Shown here: positions 57,126-64,000 of the stretch, in pieces
How positions within the stretch are numbered: position 1 is the stretch's first letter
Layout of the letters: each line of letters starts with the position of its first letter
Origin: Bacillota bacterium
GTDB lineage: Bacteria > Planctomycetota > UBA8108 > UBA1146
Length of the DNA stretch: 64,000 nucleotides
Assembly: GCA_003973385.1 (NCBI GenBank)
Contig: QNYK01000023.1
Span: forward strand, 2,951-66,950
Direction: 5' to 3'
Program-made: the position numbers and the translations under genes
Notes under the pieces: model-generated
Told to the model about the DNA's origin: nothing
The model's input: the letters and a program-made list of their open reading frames with translations, nothing else
Database searches by the model: none

Positions 57126-58349
57126 GTGATGCAAGATTCTGACACCACACCCCCCCAGGGGAGTCGTCCGGCTTCGGGCGACCTGGAGCCGCGGCACGAT
57201 CTCGCGCGCCTGAGAATCGATCGCACGCCCCGCACCACTTCACAGCGGTGGCCATTGCTGCTGCTGTTCGGGTGCCTGGCCGCCTACATCGCCTGGAAGG
57301 AACTGCCCCCGCTGGTCTCCTCTCACGATCCAGAAGTGATCACCGCCAGGGTCCAGACCCGTGGCGGTGCCAGCAGCCGCAGCGGCGTGGCCTCCAACGG
57401 CTACATCGTGCCTCGTCGTCGTGCCGCGCTGTCGACCGATATTCCCGGCCGTCTCATCGAGCTCAATGTCGAGGAAGGCTCACGCGTTCAACGAGGAGAT
57501 GTGGTCGCAAGACTCGATAGCCGCGAGTTGCAGGCAGTTCTGGCCCGCTTGCAGGCTGATCGGGTCGCCAGGGAGGCGGAGCAGGAACGATCCCGTCTGG
57601 CACTGGAGCGGCAACAGACACTGTCCCGTACCGATGACGCATCACGAAGCGATCTCGACACGGCGCGGGCCAATGCCAAGGCCGCGGTAGCTCAGGTCGC
57701 CTCGGTCGATGCCTCGATCCAGGAGATCGAGGCCCGCATCGACAAGACCACCGTCTACGCGCCCTTCTCCGGCGTGGTGACCGAGAAAAATGCAGAGGTG
57801 GGGGAGATTGTCTCTTCCATAGCGACTGGAGCCAACGCACGCGGTTCCGTCGTGACGCTGGTCGACTTCGAGTCGCTCGAGGTTCAGATCGAACTGGCAC
57901 AGACCACCCTCGATGTGGCGCGCGCCGGTGCGCCGGTACTGATCTACCTCGATGCCTATCCCGATGAAGGCTATCGGGGCCGGATCCGTCAGGTCTGGCC
58001 CACTGCCAATCGAGCCAAGGCGACGGTCGAGGTTCGTGCCGAGTTCATCGACAGAGATGAGAGACTGCTCCCTGAACTGGGAGTGCGTGTCGTGTTCGTC
58101 CCTGAATCGGAAGCGAACCCGACTCCACCAGCGGTGTTACTGCCGCGGCGAGCACTGCTGGCGCGGGAACAACCGACCGTCATGGTCGTTCGGGATGGTG
58201 TCATAGAGATTCGCACGGTGACCCTTCGAGACGCAGTCGGGGACGACCTGATCGAGATTGGATCGGGGCTGATCGGAGGAGAGACGGTGGTACTCGATGC
58301 AGATCCAACCCTCGCTGATGGCGACCGCGTCAGGTTGAGAAGACCCTGA
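57126..58349 (+). CDS. HlyD/MacA-family periplasmic adaptor (membrane fusion protein).
   Basis: N-terminal TM anchor, coiled-coil segment (ELQAVLARLQADRVAREAEQERSRLALERQ), and β-barrel/lipoyl motifs. Confidence 0.8.
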   Translation: MMQDSDTTPPQGSRPASGDLEPRHDLARLRIDRTPRTTSQRWPLLLLFGCLAAYIAWKELPPLVSSHDPEVITARVQTRGGASSRSGVASNGYIVPRRRAALSTDIPGRLIELNVEEGSRVQRGDVVARLDSRELQAVLARLQADRVAREAEQERSRLALERQQTLSRTDDASRSDLDTARANAKAAVAQVASVDASIQEIEARIDKTTVYAPFSGVVTEKNAEVGEIVSSIATGANARGSVVTLVDFESLEVQIELAQTTLDVARAGAPVLIYLDAYPDEGYRGRIRQVWPTANRAKATVEVRAEFIDRDERLLPELGVRVVFVPESEANPTPPAVLLPRRALLAREQPTVMVVRDGVIEIRTVTLRDAVGDDLIEIGSGLIGGETVVLDADPTLADGDRVRLRRP

Positions 58350-59044
58350 TGACCAGGCAATTCATCACACTCGATCAGGTTTCCAAGAGTTACACCCGTG
58401 GTGGCGAGAAGCTGCAGGTGCTCGATCAGCTCGACTTGACGATTCCAGAGGGTGACTTCGTCGCACTGATGGGACCCAGTGGCTCGGGAAAAACCACCAT
58501 CCTGAACCTCGTCGGCGGTCTCGACTCCTGCGACTCGGGAACCGTGTCGGTCGCAGGCGCAGAGGTGAGTGCGATGTCGAGGAGAGAGTTGCCCGCATGG
58601 CGATCGCGCCATGTCGGCTTCGTGTTCCAGTCCTACAATCTACTACCTGTGCTGACCGCCCACGAAAATGTCATGCTGCCACTTCAACTGACTCCCCTCT
58701 CCGCAGCCGAGCGTCGCAAGCAAGCGGACTTTGCTCTCAGCGTCGTCGATCTGTCCGATCGCGCCTCGCATCGGCCATCGCAACTCTCTGGTGGCCAGGA
58801 GCAACGAGTCGCCATCGCCAGAGCCATCGCTTCCGACCCGGATGTGATCATCGCCGACGAACCCACCGGTGACCTCGATCGACAGAGTGCCGATGATGTG
58901 CTGGAGATCCTTTCTCGCCTCAATGCCGAGCTCGGCAAGACGATCCTGATGGTGACTCATGATCTGATCGCTGCTAAAAAGGCGCGCCGGATCCTGGAAC
59001 TCGACAAGGGTCTACTCGTCGAGGATCCGCAGCAGGAGGCCTGA
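58349..59044 (+). CDS. MacB/LolD-type ABC ATP-binding protein.
   Basis: GPSGSGKTT Walker A, LSGGQEQRVAIARA signature, IIADEPTGDLD Walker B. Start overlaps the adaptor stop. Confidence 0.9.
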   Translation: MTRQFITLDQVSKSYTRGGEKLQVLDQLDLTIPEGDFVALMGPSGSGKTTILNLVGGLDSCDSGTVSVAGAEVSAMSRRELPAWRSRHVGFVFQSYNLLPVLTAHENVMLPLQLTPLSAAERRKQADFALSVVDLSDRASHRPSQLSGGQEQRVAIARAIASDPDVIIADEPTGDLDRQSADDVLEILSRLNAELGKTILMVTHDLIAAKKARRILELDKGLLVEDPQQEA

Positions 59045-59045
59045 C

Positions 59046-60263
59046 GTGCACTTCCCACTTCGACTGGCGCTTCGTCACCTGATGGCCAGGAAAACCCGTA
59101 ACGGGCTGACGATCGTGGCCATCTCCATCGCAGCGTTTCTGCTCTGCTTCCTGATCGCCATCGTTCAGGGCCTGGAAGCGAGCGTTCAAAGTGCCTCGAC
59201 CACCCGCCTGGTGACTCAATCTGCAGTGAGCCTGTTCGTAGATCTGCCGACTTCATACCAGCACAAGATCGACGCCGTCGAGGGGGTGCATCTGACGACC
59301 AAGTTCCGCTGGTTCGGGGCTTACTATCAGGCGAGAAAGAACTTCTTTGCCCAGTTCGCGGTGGACCAGGACCGCTTCCTCGACATGTATACCAGCGACA
59401 TCGAGATCGTCGAGGGACCTGGTGGAGTGACGGGCCCTGAGGCCCGGATCGCGGTCCAGAAAGCGTTCGAGAGCGATCGAAGAGCCGCCATCATCGGAAC
59501 AGGATTGCGTGACAACGAACGCTTCGGATTTCAGATCGGGGATCAGGTTCCGCTGATTCCGATGATCTATCCTCGTACCGATGGAAGCGCCTGGGAATTC
59601 GTCATCGTCGGCTGTTACAGACCATTGAAGGCGCGGATTCCTGATACCACGATGTACTTTCGAGCCGACTACCTCAACGAGGCCATCGTCAGTGGTGAGG
59701 CGTTCGGGGACCACGGTGCGGGAGTCTACTATGTCAACACCGAGGAAGGGGTGCCGGTCGAGCAGATTGCAGAAGAGATCGATGAACTGTTTGTCAACGG
59801 TCCACAACGGACCCAGACCATCACGGAAGCGGCATTTGCATCCTTCTTCGTCTCCGCCATCGGCAACCTGCCGCTGTTTCTCGGCACCATCGGCGGCGCG
59901 GTGTTGTTCTCGATCTTCTTCTCCGTCGTCAACACGATGATGATCACCGGACGACAGCGCCTGCAGGAGGCGGGAATTCTTCAGGCGCTCGGGTTCCGGC
60001 CCCTCGTCAGCACAAACCTGCTGGTATTTGAAGGCCTGGTCATCTCATTGATCGGTGGTGGTGGCGGCATCCTGATCGCCTACCTCAGCGAGGGTGTCCT
60101 CGCTCAACTACTGGGCCAGAGCATCCAGAACTACCAGATCACACCTGACCTGGTGTTGATGGCGATCGGCACCTCCTCGGTCCTCGGCATCGTCGCGGGG
60201 TTGGCTGCGGGGTTGCCCTTCCTCAGGTCCAACCCCACGGAAGCACTCAGGAGCAGCGGATAA
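59046..60263 (+). CDS. FtsX-like (MacB/LolC/DevC-type) ABC permease, first copy.
   Basis: N-terminal TM, large periplasmic domain, then three C-terminal TM helices; 405 aa. Confidence 0.8.
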   Translation: MHFPLRLALRHLMARKTRNGLTIVAISIAAFLLCFLIAIVQGLEASVQSASTTRLVTQSAVSLFVDLPTSYQHKIDAVEGVHLTTKFRWFGAYYQARKNFFAQFAVDQDRFLDMYTSDIEIVEGPGGVTGPEARIAVQKAFESDRRAAIIGTGLRDNERFGFQIGDQVPLIPMIYPRTDGSAWEFVIVGCYRPLKARIPDTTMYFRADYLNEAIVSGEAFGDHGAGVYYVNTEEGVPVEQIAEEIDELFVNGPQRTQTITEAAFASFFVSAIGNLPLFLGTIGGAVLFSIFFSVVNTMMITGRQRLQEAGILQALGFRPLVSTNLLVFEGLVISLIGGGGGILIAYLSEGVLAQLLGQSIQNYQITPDLVLMAIGTSSVLGIVAGLAAGLPFLRSNPTEALRSSG

Positions 60264-60264
60264 G

Positions 60265-61428
60265 ATGGCCCTTCCCACCGGTTACACGACCCGAAACCTG
60301 CTGAGGCGCCGTTCACAGGTGCTCTTCACCGCGCTCGGCATCGGCTTCACGACTGCGGTCCTGTGCGGCGTGCTGTCGCTTCGCAACGGATTCGAACAGT
60401 TGTTCCGACCACTGGGTGCCGATGAAGTGGCGGTCTACCTGCGCATCGGAGCCACTTCCGAGGGAGATTCTGGAATCCCACGCGAGTCCGCTCGCATCAT
60501 CATCAAGGAACGACCAGAGATTCTCAGAGACGCTGCGGGCAGGCCGCTCGCCGCTGCGGAGTGTTTCCTGGCGATGTACATGGAGAAGATCAACGGCGGA
60601 CTGGTGAATGCGCCGCTTCGCGGTATCGAGGCAGCATCCTTGACGCTACATCCGACGCCTCCGCAGCTGATCGAAGGCCGCTGGCCAGACTGGGGCAGCG
60701 ACGAGGTGGTGGTCGGCCGCCCCCTGGTCAACCGGATGAAGAACTGTGCCCTCGGAGACACACTGACGCTCAACACCACTCCATTCGATGTGGTCGGGGT
60801 CTATGAGTTTGACAGTTCGCAAGGCAGCGAAATCTGGGGACCGGTCGATCGGATGCTGGAAGCGCTCGATAGACCTGTCTACAGCCGGGTGATTGCGCGA
60901 GTGCCGCTGGAGCTCGATTACGAGCAGGCGACCCTCGAACTGGAGCAGGATCCTCGTCTCAACATTTCCATCACCAGGCAGAGTGAATACCTGGCCACCC
61001 AGACGACAGGACTCAGCACCTCGTTACTGGTGCTGTCGGTATTCCTCACCCTCATCATGGGCTCCGCTGCAGTGATCGGCACCATGAATACGATGCTCGC
61101 CACCGTCGCCACCCGTACACACGAGATCGGTATCCTGCTCGCCATCGGCTACAGCCGGATCGAGGTGTTCCTCGCCTTCCTGCTCGAATCGGCCCAGGTC
61201 GGATTGATCGGTGGAGCGATGGGACTGCTGATGGTGATCCCGCTGCACGGTGTCGAGACGGGAGCGTCCAACTTCAACACCTTCACCGACATCAGTTTCT
61301 CATTCCGGTTATCCCCCACCATCGCCATCACTGCTGTTGGACTCTCATTCCTGCTCGGGATCATCGGCGGCGCGATCCCGGCGTGGATAGCGGCCAACAG
61401 GCAGGTCGTGGACGCCATCCGACGCTAA
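60265..61428 (+). CDS. FtsX-like ABC permease, second copy.
   Basis: Same topology as the preceding gene; 387 aa. Confidence 0.8.
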   Translation: MALPTGYTTRNLLRRRSQVLFTALGIGFTTAVLCGVLSLRNGFEQLFRPLGADEVAVYLRIGATSEGDSGIPRESARIIIKERPEILRDAAGRPLAAAECFLAMYMEKINGGLVNAPLRGIEAASLTLHPTPPQLIEGRWPDWGSDEVVVGRPLVNRMKNCALGDTLTLNTTPFDVVGVYEFDSSQGSEIWGPVDRMLEALDRPVYSRVIARVPLELDYEQATLELEQDPRLNISITRQSEYLATQTTGLSTSLLVLSVFLTLIMGSAAVIGTMNTMLATVATRTHEIGILLAIGYSRIEVFLAFLLESAQVGLIGGAMGLLMVIPLHGVETGASNFNTFTDISFSFRLSPTIAITAVGLSFLLGIIGGAIPAWIAANRQVVDAIRR

Positions 61429-62294
61429 TTCCTGACAGTTCGCTCTGCTGGTTAGATTGCAGTAGATCCGGTTCCTTCTACAATCTTCATCGCGTCAAAA
61501 CCGCAGACCGATATGTCATCGTCTCAACAGGTCGGAGCCTCTTGAACAGCGCCAACCAGGGAAACCACAACCAGAGCACTCAGCAGCTGGAGATCTCCGT
61601 GGTGATTCCTGCCTTCAACGAGGAGGAGGCGATCCTGCCGCTGCTCGACGAGGTGTTCCAGACGCTGCATGAGATGGGCTGCAGTCACGAGGTGATCGTC
61701 GTCAATGATGGTTCCGACGATGCGACAGAATCCATCCTTCACCGGCGCCGGGAAACATCTCCCCGCCTACGGGTGTTGACCCTGGTGCCGCGCAGCGGCC
61801 AGAGCGCTGCTTTCGAGGCGGGCTTCCGAGCCGCACGAGGAGACCTGATCATCACGATGGACGGCGATGGCCAGAACGATCCCGCAGATATCCCTCGGCT
61901 GGTCGAGGCGATCCCCGGCCACGATGCGGTGCTCGGCGTCAGAGCCCATCGAAAGGATCCATGGATCCGAAAGTTCGCCCAGCGCATCGCAAATGGCGTC
62001 CGCAACACACTGCTGGGGACCCGATTCCAGGATGTGGGTTGCTCGCTCAAGGTGTTTCGACGCCAGATCATCCAGGATCTGACCCTCTACAACGGACTGC
62101 ACCGCTTCTTCCCCTACCTCGTCGAGATGCGAGGCGGCCGCACGCTGGAGGTCGATGTCGGACATCGAGCGCGTCAGCTGGGGACCAGCAAGTACTCTCC
62201 CCTCGGCCGTGGCATTCCGGCCTTTCTCGACCTGTTGATGGTACGTCGGATGAAGAAGAGGGCCCTGCGCTACAACGTCGAGGAGAAACCGTGA
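61383..62294 (+). CDS. GT2 polyprenyl-phosphate glycosyltransferase (DPM1/ArnC-like).
   Basis: ISVVIPAFNEE, VVNDGSDD (DxD), TMDGDGQND. Start uncertain: the ORF's ATG at 61383 overlaps the previous gene, and an in-frame TTG at 61542 is possible. Confidence 0.75.
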   Translation: MDSGQQAGRGRHPTLIPDSSLCWLDCSRSGSFYNLHRVKTADRYVIVSTGRSLLNSANQGNHNQSTQQLEISVVIPAFNEEEAILPLLDEVFQTLHEMGCSHEVIVVNDGSDDATESILHRRRETSPRLRVLTLVPRSGQSAAFEAGFRAARGDLIITMDGDGQNDPADIPRLVEAIPGHDAVLGVRAHRKDPWIRKFAQRIANGVRNTLLGTRFQDVGCSLKVFRRQIIQDLTLYNGLHRFFPYLVEMRGGRTLEVDVGHRARQLGTSKYSPLGRGIPAFLDLLMVRRMKKRALRYNVEEKP

Positions 62295-62692
62295 TGGAAA
62301 CGCTGCTGCTTCCCTGCTGCCTCTCACAGGTGGGTCACTGGTTCGTCAGCCACATCCAGCTGCTGGCACTCCACGACGAGTTCACCGGCACCTTTCTCGA
62401 TATCTTCTGGCAGAAAATCACGGTAGATCACTGGGCCATGATCGGCTTCGGCGGTCAGGCGATCTTCTTCTCGCGCTGGATCGTGCAGTGGATCATCAGC
62501 GAGAAGGCCGGGAAATCGCAGATTCCCATCGCCTTCTGGTGGATCAGCATCACCGGCGGCTGCATCACCTTCATCTACGCCGTCGCCGTGGTGGAACCGG
62601 TGCTGTTGCTGGGTCAATTGCTGGCACTGGTGATGTACACGCGCAACCTGGTCCTCGTCTTCAAGGAGCGTGCGGAGAAACCCATTTCCTGA
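62294..62692 (+). CDS. Small membrane protein with a lipid-A-biosynthesis N-terminal (LAB_N)-like domain.
   Basis: 133 aa with three or four TM helices. The ATG at 62294 overlaps the GT2 stop. LAB_N genes are typically paired with GT2 genes. Confidence 0.6.
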   Translation: METLLLPCCLSQVGHWFVSHIQLLALHDEFTGTFLDIFWQKITVDHWAMIGFGGQAIFFSRWIVQWIISEKAGKSQIPIAFWWISITGGCITFIYAVAVVEPVLLLGQLLALVMYTRNLVLVFKERAEKPIS

Positions 62693-63620
62693 TGAGGGCC
62701 TCAAGGGCAAGCTGCACGAATGAACCCTGCTGCATCAAGAGGGCGACTCCCAGGATGGCCAGCAGCATTCCGAACATCGCCGGGACCGAGATCTTCTTGC
62801 GCAGGAAAATGGCGACCAGAAGCACCATGAATACGGGTGTCATCGACATCTGGGTCGTTGCGATGGCAAGGCCCACCGCCTTGGCCGAGACATGGCTGAG
62901 CCAGATTCCGATGTAGGTGCCGATGAAACTGGCGACGAAGATGCGTCCTGGCACGCCTTTTTTCAGCAGTTGCTGCTTCCACTCCGGTAACGAGCCGGCC
63001 AGCAGTGCGACAAGCCCCCCTCCGATCATCGCCACGGAGATCCGCGCCGCCGACACCTCCAGCGGTGGCAGAGATGAGATCATCACCACTTTCGAGATGG
63101 CGATTCCGGTCGACTGGCAAAAAGCGGCAAAGATGCCGAGCCAGATTCCATCGCGTATCCGACCCTCATGGAGGCCCGACCGATCGCTGGCCAGGGTTCG
63201 ATCGCGGATCACCATGCTGATCCCTGCCAGCGTCAGTGCCATCGCCAGCAGGTGCACCAATTGCAGCGCCTCTGCCAGCAGGAACCAGCCAAAGATGGCG
63301 GAGAAGGGAGGAGTGAGCGTGGTCAGCACCAGCGCCTTGCGCGGTCCCAGGATCTGGATGCTTCGGAAATAGGCGGAGTCGCCGATCTGGATCCCGACCA
63401 CCCCACTGAGCACCAGCAACGAGATGTCTGTCCACGGCGCCTGCTGCCACACCAGCATTCCTGAGCCGAAGAACGGCAAACTCAGACACAGCAGCACCCC
63501 GGCGACGGCGTTTTTCCCCAGGTTCAATGCTGCGGCCGAGGCGTCGAGACGGCTGTAGATGAAACTACCGCTGGCCCAGCACACCGCCGCGGCCAACCCG
63601 GCCACCTCTTGCCATTGCAT
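62661..63620 (-). CDS. EamA/DMT-family transporter.
   Basis: 319 aa and ~10 TM helices forming two EamA-like halves. Confidence 0.8.
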   Translation of the reverse strand: MQWQEVAGLAAAVCWASGSFIYSRLDASAAALNLGKNAVAGVLLCLSLPFFGSGMLVWQQAPWTDISLLVLSGVVGIQIGDSAYFRSIQILGPRKALVLTTLTPPFSAIFGWFLLAEALQLVHLLAMALTLAGISMVIRDRTLASDRSGLHEGRIRDGIWLGIFAAFCQSTGIAISKVVMISSLPPLEVSAARISVAMIGGGLVALLAGSLPEWKQQLLKKGVPGRIFVASFIGTYIGIWLSHVSAKAVGLAIATTQMSMTPVFMVLLVAIFLRKKISVPAMFGMLLAILGVALLMQQGSFVQLALEALIRKWVSPHAP

Positions 63621-63789
63621 CCAGACGCCTCCGATTCCGGGGCAAGGCTACCTGTAGCGAGGCAGGGGGGCGAGCGGGAGTGGCAGATCCGACTGAAAAG
63701 AGCAGCAGCGGATGAACTGCTCGCCTCGCCCAACAGTGGACACCCGGACCTGCACATGCCATCTTCTGACGGCGGAATCAGGAACACGG

Positions 63790-64000
63790 ATGGGAAACCG
63801 GGGGACTCCGTTGCGCTCTATCTTGCTTTTCATGGCCTTGTTCGGTTTCTGGCTGCTCCTCTCCGGACGGTTTGAATCCCGGTTTCTGATCGTCTCGGGC
63901 GTCCTTGCGAGCGCGCTGACGGTGTGGATCTGCCAGCGCCTCGATCTGATCGGCGCCCAGTACCAGCCAGTGAAATCGCTGCCTCGATTCCTGCTCTACC
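63790..64000 (+). CDS. Partial membrane protein, N-terminal 70 aa only; possibly MrpE/MnhE-like.
   Basis: MGNRGTPLRSILLFMALFGFWLLLSGRFESRFLIVSGVLASALTVWI... resembles the start of Na+/H+ antiporter subunit E. Truncated by the window end. Confidence 0.3.
   Translation, partial: MGNRGTPLRSILLFMALFGFWLLLSGRFESRFLIVSGVLASALTVWICQRLDLIGAQYQPVKSLPRFLLY

Overview
This is a high-GC (~60%) chromosomal window from a diderm bacterium (LolCDE/MacAB-like transporter and an OMP β-barrel are present); phylum not assignable from the sequence. Coding density is high, mostly core metabolism and envelope functions. Recognised core genes include add (5' end), moaA, moaD, moaE, queA, queF, gltA, nadE, fabI, pyrC-like, ispH, hutU, hutI, truD, lexA, dinB-like, a fadE-like acyl-CoA dehydrogenase, a thioesterase, an SDR and an enoyl-CoA hydratase. 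There are several transport systems: an ABC-2 set, a DASS permease, a DUF1302/DUF1329/BNR/RND-exporter cassette, a MacAB/DevBCA-like tripartite exporter with two FtsX permeases beside GT2 and LAB_N genes, and an EamA transporter. Envelope and secreted proteins include an FG-GAP protein, a GSDH-type β-propeller carrying about 10 Cys/Asp Ca-binding-like repeats and a dockerin-like tail, a HEAT+vWA protein, an S1 protease and HExxH lipoproteins.

The most interesting region is a compact SOS module at 38.89-40.23 kb. A perfect Gram-positive-type LexA box (CGAACATCTGTTCG) sits just after queF. It is followed by an unannotated 42-codon AT-rich ORF with a strong Shine-Dalgarno, encoding a one-helix membrane peptide (TisB/SidA-like candidate). 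Then come lexA, a coupled 87-aa ORF, and a 7-copy 20-bp tandem repeat array. A second perfect box (CGAACATATGTTCG) lies upstream of the Y-family polymerase gene at 54.67 kb, which supports a Cheo-box SOS regulon.

Other oddities are a 739-aa protein with a C-terminal GreA/GreB module that is translationally coupled to hutUI, and an orphan tandem IS3-OrfA-type HTH protein in an AT-rich island. No tRNA, rRNA, CRISPR array or intact IS element was found.
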